Source: an uncultured virus (IMG/VR IMGVR_UViG_3300006149_000009) (lineage: Duplodnaviria > Heunggongvirae > Uroviricota > Caudoviricetes). Taken from it: a DNA stretch of 64,000 bases. Both the position numbers and the translations under genes were made by a program. The DNA lies in the IMG/VR virus record IMGVR_UViG_3300006149_000009; one strand, given 5' to 3'. Of the stretch, positions 31,346 through 41,172 are shown in pieces. The notes under the pieces were generated by a model. The model ran no database searches, was not told the origin of the DNA, and saw only the letters and a list, made by a program, of their open reading frames with translations. Positions within the stretch are counted from its first letter, which is position 1, and each line of letters begins with the position of its first letter.

Positions 31346-32161
31346 ATGTATGCTTTAGATTTTGAATACGACGGAAGATACCTGAGCGATTACGGGTTTG
31401 TAATCTGCAACTTCGGAGGCGCTTCCGACATGGATGTGGTGAGCGCAGGCTCCAAAATCACGTTCAACACGGTGCCCATGAGTTTCGGGAAAAGGTTTAG
31501 CCTGACCGGAACACATTATGAGGAATGCATCCAGGCTACCTTCCAAATCTGCAAGAACCCGGAACTATATGACGACCTGCAGATTAGCCGCGATGAATAC
31601 ACGGATATCATGCGATGGCTGAACCGGAGGGAGTTCCTGAAGTTCCGTATGCTCGACGAATGGGACACTGAGCAGGAAACCTGTGCATACGAAGCAAGCT
31701 TTAATATCAGCAAGATTATGGTGAACAGAGTCCTTTACGGCCTGGAGCTGACTATGGAAACAAATAAGCCTTTTGGCGATGGGCAAGAACTGTCCGTATC
31801 GTGGGATATCCAGGACACATCGAAAACATATATCCTACGGGATATGTCCGACGAAATCGGGTACTCCTACCCTTCCATGGAAATCACGGTAAAGCAGGGC
31901 GGAACACTCTCTATCCATAATGCACTTGAAGGATGCACGATGACATTGAAGAACTGTCAGGTTGGGGAGACTATACGCATTGAAGGCGTATCGCATACCA
32001 TTATCTCTTCACAGAACAACCACCGCATCCAAGATGACTTTAACTTTGAATTTTTAAGAATCGGAAACACGATAAACGGCAGGGACAACCGGATTACCGT
32101 ATCCCTCCCATGCAGGCTGAAAATGTGGTATTCGCCTGTTGTTAAGAACTCTCCAACATAG
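31346..32161 (+). CDS. Distal tail (Dit-like) protein
   Basis: MYALDFEYDGRYLSDYG start; position after tape measure. Confidence 0.7.
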   Translation: MYALDFEYDGRYLSDYGFVICNFGGASDMDVVSAGSKITFNTVPMSFGKRFSLTGTHYEECIQATFQICKNPELYDDLQISRDEYTDIMRWLNRREFLKFRMLDEWDTEQETCAYEASFNISKIMVNRVLYGLELTMETNKPFGDGQELSVSWDIQDTSKTYILRDMSDEIGYSYPSMEITVKQGGTLSIHNALEGCTMTLKNCQVGETIRIEGVSHTIISSQNNHRIQDDFNFEFLRIGNTINGRDNRITVSLPCRLKMWYSPVVKNSPT

Positions 32162-32188
32162 ACCAAGAAAGAAAGGAAAAAAATACAT

Positions 32189-35100
32189 ATGGCAGTTAAA
32201 ATTAATTTTAGCGCTTCACACCATGTAATCCCACCAACGCTCGTACTGGCTACCCGGAGCGGGCATAAAATCAGCTACCTCCCGGCAGCAAACATCTCTA
32301 TCAAGGATACCTTCAACGAACGCTTCGAGATGGTCTTCCAGATATATAAAGAAGACTGCGACAAATGCGACCCCACCTTATGGGACAAGATAACAGACTT
32401 CAAACTCTGCTGGTGCAAGGACTGGGACTTATGGTTCGAGATGTATATCGAAGTACAGACCGAATACAGCACCGTCAAGAACGTAATCTGCTACTCCATC
32501 GGGGAAGCCGAGCTTACCAAGACCAGCCTGTACAACATCGAAATCAACACGGAAGATGACATCAACCGCCCTGATTACGATGAGAAGTTCCCTACAATTC
32601 TCTACCGCCCGGACATGCCAGAGGCGTCCATGCTCCACAGAATCATGGAAAAAGTCCCGCACTACACCATCCGCCATGTGGATGCCCATCTCGCTAAAGA
32701 ACAGCGCACGTTCTCTTTTGACGACATATCCATATACGATGCATTCCAGAAAATATCGGATGACCTTGACTGCGTCTTCATCATTGATTCCTGTTCAAAC
32801 CCGGACGGTTCCATCAGCCGCTCCATCAGCGTATATGACCTGGAAGCATACTGTGACACATGCGGCCACCGTGGGAATTTCATTGGAAACTGCCCGGAAT
32901 GCGGAAGCATACACGTTCGTCCTGGGTACGGGGAAGATACAACCATCTACGTCTCCACGGAGAACCTCGCGGACTCCATCACGCTTAAAACCGACGTGGA
33001 TGCCGTCAGCAACTGCTTCCGCCTCGAAACCGGCGACGGACTCATGACTGCCGCCGTCATAGACTCCAACCCAAACGGAAGCCAGTACATCTGGCGTATC
33101 TCCGAGGAGGCAAAGAAGGATATGTCCGAGGAGCTTGTTGCAAGGCTCACGGAATACGAGAAAACATACGAATACTACCAGGACAGGCATATAACAATAC
33201 TCCGCAGCTCCGTGCGTAACCCGTACAACGCACTGGTAGAAAAGTACCAGCCATACAAAAAGGATAAGGATGGCAATGATGAACTGCATCCGCTCCCGGT
33301 TAATATTACCGGATATTCAGAGCTAATGAACGCATATTACGACGCCATCGACTTCTCCCTTTTCTTGCGCAGCTCCTTTATGCCTAACCCAAAGTTTGGT
33401 GATACAACCGCAGAAATACAGGCATCCCGCCTTAACTCCGTCTCACTTGAAGGGACTGCCGTCCAGAACCTGGCTACATGCTCAACCGCCACCGCATCCA
33501 ACGCCGTGGCTGCCTGTGCCCGTACGTCTGTTGACCCGCGCTACCAGGTAAAGGTAAAACGAGGGGTTTTGGAAGGGAAGGTATGGACAGGCGTGCTTAC
33601 CATAACCAACTATTCAGATGAAGTCGACACCGCGGATACCGTTGAGATTCGGATTACCCTGAATGACGATTACGAAACATTCTGCCGCCAGAAGATGAGA
33701 CAGATACTGAAAGGCTCTGACGAAGGGGTGTTGGCAAACAGCATCATCCCGCTTTTCAGCATGGGGATGGAATTGTTCACCGACAGCATAAAGCTGTTCT
33801 GCCTTGACAGCCTTGTTACATTCCACGACGCGTGCCAGTCATGCCTGGACATCCTGGTTGAGCAGGGCATCGCAGACAACAAGACATGGGCAGACAAAGA
33901 CCCAAACCTGTACGAGTCCCTGTACAAACCGTATTACAACAAGCTGATGGCTCTTGAGAAGGAAATCCGGCTGCGTGAGTCTGAACTCGCCATCGTAGAA
34001 GGCGTTTACAGCCCCGACGGGGAAGTGAAGCAGGAAGGACTGCAGTCCTTCGTTGTAAGGGTAAAGAACAGTATCCAGAGGATTCTGGACTTCCCCCGTT
34101 TCTTCGGCGAAGACCTGTGGCTCGAATTCATCGCATACCGCCGCGAGACAACCTTCAAGGGCGACAGCTATGTTTCCGACGGACTTGATAACGCCAAGCT
34201 GTTCAAGAACGCGCAGACATTCCTCGATGTCGTGCAAGGAAGAATCATCGAGGCTAGCACGCCCCACCCTTCTATCTCGGCAACCCTGAGGAACTTGCTG
34301 GTGATGCCGGAGTTTGCCCCGATTGTTGATAAGTTTTCTGTCGGGAACTGGATTCGCATCAGGGTTGACGGAATACTCTACCGACTGAGGCTCCGCTCCT
34401 ACACCATCGATTTCACTGACCTAGACAACATTCAAATCGAGTTCTCGAATGCGATGAAAGCCACCGACAGCACAAGCAACATACGGCGGACGCTTCTCAA
34501 GGCCAGGGCTATGTCCTCAACCTACAGCACCGTCGTAAAGCAGGCGGAAAAAGGCGAAGAAAGCAAGAATCTCCTGAATAGCTGGGTCGAGAACGGGCTT
34601 GACGCGACCAATACGAAGATTATCGGCGGGGCGGACAACCAGACGCAGACCTGGGATTCGCACGGGATGCTGTTTAGGAAGTATGATGCCGTCCCGGATT
34701 CGTATACTGACGAGCAGATGAAAATCATTAATTCCACACTTGCGATTACCGATGATAACTGGGAGACCTCAAAGACTGCCGTGGGCAAGATTATTTACTA
34801 CGACCCGGAAAACGGTGTTGCAAAGGAAGGTTACGGTGTGAACGGCGAAGTCCTTGTAGGCAAGCTGATTCTGGGGCAGACCCTGGGAATCTATAATGCT
34901 GCGAACACGATGAAATTTACCGAAGATGGGCTTGATATTAGAAATTCCGAGAATACAAATTGGCTTAAAGTGAATCCAAATGATGTTGATAATTTCTTCG
35001 AGCTGTCACTGAATAGCGGTTCGTCAAATATGGGATTTAATAAGGATGGGATTCATGTTTCGAACGAGAGGCATGAGTTCACGGTGAATCCGAATGATGA

Positions 35101-36055
35101 GTGTCTGATGAACATTAAAAGCGGGGATACGGATGCATTGAAGTTTAATAAAGATGGGGACTTAGAAATCACCGGGAAGATAAATGCCACAAGTGGTAAA
35201 GTGTCGATGTTCGAGATTGATAATGGTAATGAGGGGTTGACCGCGTATTTCAAGGATGGAGGACTCGTCAAGCAGTATGGCCTGTGCAGAAATCGTTTTT
35301 TTGCATACCTAAGAGATGCCTTTAATCGGTTTATGGGACATATAGATTTATACAATGGAATCGGAGAAGACCGAAAAGACCCCTATGTTTCTATTGGCTC
35401 TGTTGGAGACGTCGATATAATCAGTAATTCAAATATACATCTTGGCGGAAAGTTGTCTTACACCCCCGATGGTGAATCCTCTTATACTTCGCATATCTCT
35501 ATTAACGGAAATACTGGGGAAACTACGTTCTCAGGCTCTACAAAATTTGATGGGGCGTTATATTCATCAAATGTATACAATACTACGGGCGGCACAGCAA
35601 ATGTTTATATAAACTCTTATAACCGCTTTACCCGTGCAACATCTGCTTCTAAATATAAGTTGGATATTAAACCATTAGAGGAAAACCCTGATTACGCCTA
35701 CAATATTCTACAGCTAATGCCTAAGCAATGGTTCGATAAAACATCCATAGAAAATTATGCCGAAGTTCTCACAGCGGCATATAATGGAGAGGAGCCAAGC
35801 CCTGACATAGACAGTGCTATTGACACCATTGATTCTTGTTATGGGCTGATTGCCGAGGACGTTATCGACGCAGGATTATCAAAATATTGTACCTATAATT
35901 CTGACGGTGAAGTGGAAGGAATCATGTATGAAAAGCTATGGACTTTATTGATTCCCATAGTTAAAGATTTAGTTGAAAAGGACAAAGAAAAAGATGATAA
36001 AATCAATATGCTTGAAGCTAGAATCAACGAATTGGAACAGATGATGAATATTTAA
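32189..36055 (+). CDS. Tail spike/baseplate hub (Tal-like) with C-terminal intramolecular chaperone (peptidase S74-like)
   Basis: 1288 aa; TSASKYKLDI...YGLIAEDV...GIMYEKL and terminal coiled coil. Confidence 0.8.
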   Translation: MAVKINFSASHHVIPPTLVLATRSGHKISYLPAANISIKDTFNERFEMVFQIYKEDCDKCDPTLWDKITDFKLCWCKDWDLWFEMYIEVQTEYSTVKNVICYSIGEAELTKTSLYNIEINTEDDINRPDYDEKFPTILYRPDMPEASMLHRIMEKVPHYTIRHVDAHLAKEQRTFSFDDISIYDAFQKISDDLDCVFIIDSCSNPDGSISRSISVYDLEAYCDTCGHRGNFIGNCPECGSIHVRPGYGEDTTIYVSTENLADSITLKTDVDAVSNCFRLETGDGLMTAAVIDSNPNGSQYIWRISEEAKKDMSEELVARLTEYEKTYEYYQDRHITILRSSVRNPYNALVEKYQPYKKDKDGNDELHPLPVNITGYSELMNAYYDAIDFSLFLRSSFMPNPKFGDTTAEIQASRLNSVSLEGTAVQNLATCSTATASNAVAACARTSVDPRYQVKVKRGVLEGKVWTGVLTITNYSDEVDTADTVEIRITLNDDYETFCRQKMRQILKGSDEGVLANSIIPLFSMGMELFTDSIKLFCLDSLVTFHDACQSCLDILVEQGIADNKTWADKDPNLYESLYKPYYNKLMALEKEIRLRESELAIVEGVYSPDGEVKQEGLQSFVVRVKNSIQRILDFPRFFGEDLWLEFIAYRRETTFKGDSYVSDGLDNAKLFKNAQTFLDVVQGRIIEASTPHPSISATLRNLLVMPEFAPIVDKFSVGNWIRIRVDGILYRLRLRSYTIDFTDLDNIQIEFSNAMKATDSTSNIRRTLLKARAMSSTYSTVVKQAEKGEESKNLLNSWVENGLDATNTKIIGGADNQTQTWDSHGMLFRKYDAVPDSYTDEQMKIINSTLAITDDNWETSKTAVGKIIYYDPENGVAKEGYGVNGEVLVGKLILGQTLGIYNAANTMKFTEDGLDIRNSENTNWLKVNPNDVDNFFELSLNSGSSNMGFNKDGIHVSNERHEFTVNPNDECLMNIKSGDTDALKFNKDGDLEITGKINATSGKVSMFEIDNGNEGLTAYFKDGGLVKQYGLCRNRFFAYLRDAFNRFMGHIDLYNGIGEDRKDPYVSIGSVGDVDIISNSNIHLGGKLSYTPDGESSYTSHISINGNTGETTFSGSTKFDGALYSSNVYNTTGGTANVYINSYNRFTRATSASKYKLDIKPLEENPDYAYNILQLMPKQWFDKTSIENYAEVLTAAYNGEEPSPDIDSAIDTIDSCYGLIAEDVIDAGLSKYCTYNSDGEVEGIMYEKLWTLLIPIVKDLVEKDKEKDDKINMLEARINELEQMMNI

Positions 36056-36062
36056 ACTAAAC

Positions 36063-36107
36063 ATCCTCCAGGCTGAATTAAAAGTTAAACTTTCAGTCTG
36101 GAGGATA
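36063..36107. terminator. Hairpin between convergent genes
   Basis: ATCCTCCAGGCTGAA...TTCAGTCTGGAGGAT. Confidence 0.7.
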
Positions 36108-36125
36108 TGGGATATTACAAAACAA

Positions 36126-37064
36126 TTAATGGTCGGTATTTTCACTATCTTCTGTTAAGTCAACAAATGGTATTTTATTGCTTGATGCATAAGAATTAGC
36201 ACGTGTCCCTTTGTAACCGTAAATAGTTAAATTAGGGCAATCCTTAAAAGCGTCAGTACTTATTCGCGTTACATTGGGAGGAATCACTGCTTTTGTCAAA
36301 TTGGTGCAACCTGAAAATGTATATATAAATATTTCTGTTAAACTAGTCGGTATATTCACATTCCTTAAACTAATGCACTGTACAAATGCACAATTTCCTA
36401 TCTGAGTTACACTATTGGGTATATCTATGCTTACCAAGTTAGTACATCTCCAAAATGCATACTGCCTTATTACTGTTACTCCTTCTGGTATCTTAACCTC
36501 TGTTAAGGTCGTACACTCTGAAAATGCTTTCGCTCCAATTGCCCTAACCGGCAACCCATTTATCATTGACGGTATAGTTGCAACTTTATCCTGACCATTA
36601 TATTTCGAAATTACAATGGCTCCTTTTTCCACCTGTCCGGTTTCATCTACCCAATAAGAAAAATCACCATATGTTGGGTATTCAGGCTCACTGGGAATAG
36701 GCTGCGGTTGCGGTGTCGGTTCCGGCACAGGTCGTGGAACCGGCTTCGGTTTTGTCACCTTAACCTTACAAACATACTTCTTCTTCCCTATTTTCGCAGT
36801 AATCTTGGCATTACCCGCTTTTTTCCCTACGACCTTGCCTTTCTTACTGACCGTAGCGATTTTCTTATTGCTTGTAGACCATTTGGGTTTTTTCTTCGTG
36901 CCTTTTAGCTTGAGAGTGACAGATTTGCCTTTTGTGATGGTAACAGACTTTTTACTGAGCTTGATTTTCGCTGCGGATGCTCGTGAGGGCGAGGAAATTG
37001 CTCCGGCTATGACGAGGCATAGGGTTAGGAGCAGCAGCGTTATTTTATGAATGTGCTTTTGCAT
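36126..37064 (-). CDS. Secreted protein with Ig-like (Big_2) domain, Pro-rich linker and BspA-type leucine-rich repeats
   Basis: Signal peptide; KWSTSNKKIATVSKKGKV; repeated IPxxVTxIxxxAFxxCxxL. Confidence 0.88.
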   Translation of the reverse strand: MQKHIHKITLLLLTLCLVIAGAISSPSRASAAKIKLSKKSVTITKGKSVTLKLKGTKKKPKWSTSNKKIATVSKKGKVVGKKAGNAKITAKIGKKKYVCKVKVTKPKPVPRPVPEPTPQPQPIPSEPEYPTYGDFSYWVDETGQVEKGAIVISKYNGQDKVATIPSMINGLPVRAIGAKAFSECTTLTEVKIPEGVTVIRQYAFWRCTNLVSIDIPNSVTQIGNCAFVQCISLRNVNIPTSLTEIFIYTFSGCTNLTKAVIPPNVTRISTDAFKDCPNLTIYGYKGTRANSYASSNKIPFVDLTEDSENTDH

Positions 37065-37299
37065 AGATACATCTCCTTTACTATTTATTTTACCGCTTTT
37101 GTTGATTTAATTATACATTAGTGTTTTTTATTGGTAAAGTAAGATTTGGGATATTATATGCGATATTACAAACGTAAAATACACATCGCAAAGAACGAAT
37201 CCCAAAATTCTACGTTACTAGAGTTTGGAGGCTTTTCTTTAGCTATTTTTACTGGTAAAAAGTATCTTGAAATCCAAAACTGCATATGCTATAATGCCA

Positions 37300-37388
37300 G
37301 TAGGCAAAAAGAGGAAACGAGTCCATCTGGACGAAGAACGAATCCCCAAACTGTACTGCAATTACAGTTCGGGGATTCTTCTTTTCTT
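37300..37388 (+). ncRNA. Candidate antisense antitoxin RNA of type I TA locus 1 (ends approximate)
   Basis: Promoter TTGAAA-N17-TATAAT (37267-37295); AAAAAGAGGAAACGA at 37306-37320 recurs at 37491-37505 in the toxin gene; ends in hairpin plus T-tract. Confidence 0.72.
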
Positions 37389-37416
37389 TTAGAGTGGCAA
37401 AGCACCCACTAGGCTA

Positions 37417-37512
37417 TTAATTGTCCGTATGTTTTCTGTCAAGCCATTTGATGATGAGGTGGCAAACCACACCGCCCATGACAGTAACTAAAAAAGAGGA
37501 AACGATTTCCAT
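37417..37512 (-). CDS. Type I TA toxin, Fst-like peptide, 31 aa
   Basis: MEIVSSFLVTVMGGVVCHLIIKWLDRKHTDN; GGAGGAGG RBS; one TM helix, KWLD, charged tail. Confidence 0.8.
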   Translation of the reverse strand: MEIVSSFLVTVMGGVVCHLIIKWLDRKHTDN

Positions 37513-37615
37513 CCAAACACCTCCTCCCGTTGCCGGGTATTGGTTGGACAACGAAATTATTATAACATGCATTTTGACAAACTTCTACTTTCTTTTATGA
37601 ATGTTGAAAAGTATT

Positions 37616-38926
37616 TAGCCCGCAATCCCATTAGCTTTAGCTGATGGGTTAAGGGTGTAATTTATAAAATAAAAATAGAATATATAGCCAGAAGGGTGGT
37701 GACAAGTAAATGCTAAAAGCCTACAAATACCGTATTTATCCAAACGGACAACAGGAGGAACAAATACAAAAGACGTTCGGGTGTTGTAGATTTGTATATA
37801 ACAATACTCTTTCATACAGGAAAGAAAAATATGTGAAACAGAAAGAATCCATGAATAAAGTTGCTTGTAACAACTATGTCAATCAAACATTAAAGAAAGA
37901 ATACGAATGGCTGAAGGAAGTTGATAAGTTTGCATTGACAAATGCAGTTTACAACATGGATTCTGCATATCAGAAGTTTTTCAAGGAACATGCGGGATAT
38001 CCGAAATTTAAAAGTAAGCACGACAGTCATAAATCATACACAACAAATTTTACAAACGGAAATATTGCTGTATTGTTTGATTCAAACAAAATCAAACTTC
38101 CAAAACTTAAATTGGTAAAAGCAAAACTGCATAGAAAATTTGACGGTAAAATAAAATCTGCTACTATCTCACAGGTTTCATCTGGAAAATATTTTGTATC
38201 TATCCTTGTGGAAACAGGACATATACAAATGGAACCCGCTGATTGTATAGTTGGTATTGATTTAGGTATTAAGGATTTACTTGTTACCTCCAATGGACAG
38301 AAATTTGATAACAAGAGACTAACTAAGAAATATGAAGATAAATTGGCAAAGGAACAGAGAAATTATCTCATAAAGTAAAAGGTAGTAAAAATTGGAACAA
38401 ACAGAGAATTAAAGTAGCGAAAATACACGAAAAGGTTTCAAACACCAGAAAAGATTACTTACATAAAATATCCAGTCAGCTAGTAAGCGAAAACCAAGCG
38501 ATAGTGACTGAGGATTTGGCTGTAAGTAATATAGTAAAGAATCATACTCTTGCAAAAGCAATTTCTGATTGTGGCTGGCATGAACTGACACGACAATTAC
38601 AGTATAAATCTGATTGGAATAATCGCCAGTATGTGAAAATTGGACGATTTGTTAAATCAAGCCAAACGTGTAATATTTGTGGGTATGTTAATGAGGAAAC
38701 GAAAAATTTATTTGTCAGGGAATGGACGTGCCCTCAATGTGGAAATGTACATGACCGTGATATTAATGCCGCTATCAATATTCTTAATGAAGGGTTAAGA
38801 CTACTCGATGTAGCTTAGATATATTGAGTACGGTAGGAACTATCGGAATTAACGCCTGTGGAGATAGTAGGTTGCGAGGTCGATGAAGCAGGAAGCCCAT
38901 CGAGCTTTAGCTCGTGGGTAGTTCAC
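37616..38926 (+). mobile_element. IS200/IS605-family tnpB-only element (IS1341-like); left end approximate
   Basis: Subterminal hairpins CCCATTAGCTTTAGCTGATGGG and CCCATCGAGCTTTAGCTCGTGGG; right end GTAGTTCAC; no tnpA. Confidence 0.85.
37710..38818 (+). pseudogene. tnpB: TnpB, frameshifted near 38360
   Basis: HTH MLKAYKYRIYP, RuvC motifs GIDLG, TEDL, DRDINAA, zinc ribbon; restoring one base near 38360 gives EQRKLSHKVKGSKNW. Confidence 0.88.
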
Positions 38927-39117
38927 AATAAGCAGACAAACGTGGAGTCTGAAGATAACCACTTAAAAATAAACCGAATCATAACACCAGTGTCTTTGTT
39001 AAGCTGAGTGTACCGCATTTTCCCAAAGACATTGCTCACAATATCAGCGAATCGAAGTCGACTGAGTTTTCCAGTATTATGTCATAAACTCACACAGCCA
39101 CGAAAATATGTCTAATG

Positions 39118-39157
39118 TTGACAAACTTACACTTTTTTAGTACTATATTAGTGTCAA
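39118..39157 (+). promoter_or_regulatory. SigA-type promoter with overlapping inverted repeat
   Basis: TTGACA-N17-TACTAT; TTGACA...TGTCAA. Confidence 0.55.
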
Positions 39158-39187
39158 ATGTAATATTTTTAAGATTGCTGCCTAGTC

Positions 39188-39997
39188 TTGGCATCTGCAA
39201 ACATGAATCATGGCATGACTTGCGTTAACTGGGGTATTTATCATTTTGTACAAGCCTTGTATAATAGTGTTATCAAGTATGCAGGGAGTTTTAATGCGAT
39301 GATTTATGATTTACATATATATAAGCATTTTAAATTAACCAAAGAGAGTTATGGTGGTAGCATGACGGGCATTACAATTGAGGGGAAAAAGAAGATGAGA
39401 AAAAGCATACAAAGTATTACTGATAAAATCAAGCAAGAACGCCAATACAACAATAAGATTTATTATGCTTCTGATATGGAATATCTGGCATCAGAAATCC
39501 TATCTGCCATGCCAGACACCACTGATGATAGAAATTCTTGTATTACACCAGTAGTGTCTATCGCAAAAGCGATGGGATTTGATACATTCCAGCAAGATTT
39601 GCTGTGGTTTTTATCCGGTTGTATTGGTATCAATAAAAAGTACATAAAAAAGTTTAAGACAGACCACATTATTTTTACAAACAGAAAAGTACATCCGTAC
39701 CAACAAAGATTTGTTATTGCCCATGAATTGGCGCATTATCTGTTTGATTATGACCATACGTCTGAAGTGTACTATAATACATATAAGAAAAATAGTCATA
39801 GTGCAGAAGCAGAAAAGCGTGCAAATGCCTTTGCAGCCAGCTTACTTATGCCAAAGGATGCCTTCTTAAAAGAATATAATAAGGCAAGAGCTAAGAGTAA
39901 CAACCCTATATTCATTCTGGATTATCTTTCAGATACATTTAAAGCTCCTAGAAAATCTGTTTTGAAAAGAATGTACGAGGTGGGTTGTTATGCTTAG
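39188..39997 (+). CDS. ImmA/IrrE-family metallopeptidase (start uncertain)
   Basis: QRFVIAHELAH and EKRANAFAASLLMP. Confidence 0.88.
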   Translation: MASANMNHGMTCVNWGIYHFVQALYNSVIKYAGSFNAMIYDLHIYKHFKLTKESYGGSMTGITIEGKKKMRKSIQSITDKIKQERQYNNKIYYASDMEYLASEILSAMPDTTDDRNSCITPVVSIAKAMGFDTFQQDLLWFLSGCIGINKKYIKKFKTDHIIFTNRKVHPYQQRFVIAHELAHYLFDYDHTSEVYYNTYKKNSHSAEAEKRANAFAASLLMPKDAFLKEYNKARAKSNNPIFILDYLSDTFKAPRKSVLKRMYEVGCYA

Positions 39998-40574
39998 GTC
40001 GTTGGCTGGAACGAGTGGTGTTAGCGAAATCCCAATCAGAGATGACGCTCTGACGCAACCGGAAGATGCTTACTGCGAACTTCCCAAGCACAATGCGGTA
40101 TATACGAACTTACTAAAAATATATGAAAATACTACAAGAATAAACATATATTTGAAAGTCCTTTTTAAATTTACATTTTTTATAGTTGCAATATACATAT
40201 GGTTGAAAATGGTTTTTATATTTAACGATTCTTTTTATAGCGTTTTGAATATAATTAAAACCAACAAGACATTAGATAGTCAAGCTGTCTTGGATTTAAT
40301 AGCGACTTTTATTCCTCCACTTGTATCGCTCACTACTTCATTTATTATAATACCAAAAATTATTGCGAAATATCTATTCAACATAAAGGAAGAAAAAAGT
40401 ATGGTTGAAATAATAAATAATCTGCAAAGGTATGACACAGCCCTCTATGGACATAGATACAAAGAACGGTTAACGCATAACCCTAGCGGCACTGCTCCTG
40501 ATGAAACTACCTCTGCAGAACCTATTCCTAGTGAAGCCGTTCCTGATGAAGTTACTTCTACAGAAGCAAGTTAG
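39990..40574 (+). CDS. Two-TM membrane protein coupled to the peptidase gene
   Basis: Two hydrophobic segments, PKIIAKYLF motif, 8-nt overlap. Confidence 0.78.
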   Translation: MLRSLAGTSGVSEIPIRDDALTQPEDAYCELPKHNAVYTNLLKIYENTTRINIYLKVLFKFTFFIVAIYIWLKMVFIFNDSFYSVLNIIKTNKTLDSQAVLDLIATFIPPLVSLTTSFIIIPKIIAKYLFNIKEEKSMVEIINNLQRYDTALYGHRYKERLTHNPSGTAPDETTSAEPIPSEAVPDEVTSTEAS

Positions 40575-41172
40575 ATATGTTGTCTACGCGACCCAAAGAG
40601 CATAAGTACCACATAGTGCTGATGCTCTCTATTAATTACTGCAACTATACCCGAATCACCCGCTATATCAACGAATGGAAGTCGACTGAATTTTGAAACA
40701 AAAATTGAGCCATAGCTTAAATGCTATGGCTCAACCACCTTTCATTCCACTCTTGTTACCGTATTCGGTAACGAAGAATCCTACTTTTCGTAGAATGTAC
40801 TATTGATTTCAAGTCCGTTCTGGTTAACGGAAACGTGAAATTCTATAGTATCCTTAGAGAAGATACTGTAGACCAGGTAGTATCCTAAATCCCAGCACTA
40901 CGAGCATGTTGCACTTGCATCCCTAAATAACTATCGCAAGACAAAGAACAAATGCTGCCGCTTCGTCAGTTTATTTCACGCTTGAAATAGTCACATTTTT
41001 AACATATTTATACTGATATTTGAATAAGCATATACTAACCATATTGATTAAATGATGTGTCAAAATATATTCAATTTTTTAATAAACTTTATGACTAAGG
41101 ATTAGGAAAAGGATTTTTATATTGTTGACTAATGCTATTCTTTGTTATATAATGTAAAAAAATATATGGTAG

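Larger units (their letters stand above)
39041..40694 (+). repeat. 30-bp imperfect direct repeat pair (39041-39070, 40665-40694)
   Basis: ATATCAgCGAATcGAAGTCGACTGAgTTTT vs ATATCAaCGAATgGAAGTCGACTGAaTTTT, 27/30 identical. Confidence 0.85.

Noticed and set aside
2233..35355. Many antisense or alternate-frame ORFs of 60-220 aa over the phage genes
   Set aside because: Overlap well-supported genes and lack RBS or motifs; expected from codon bias
37616..38926. IStron linking TnpB to the introns
   Set aside because: No intron core next to the IS and no IS end hairpins seen in the introns, 25 kb away
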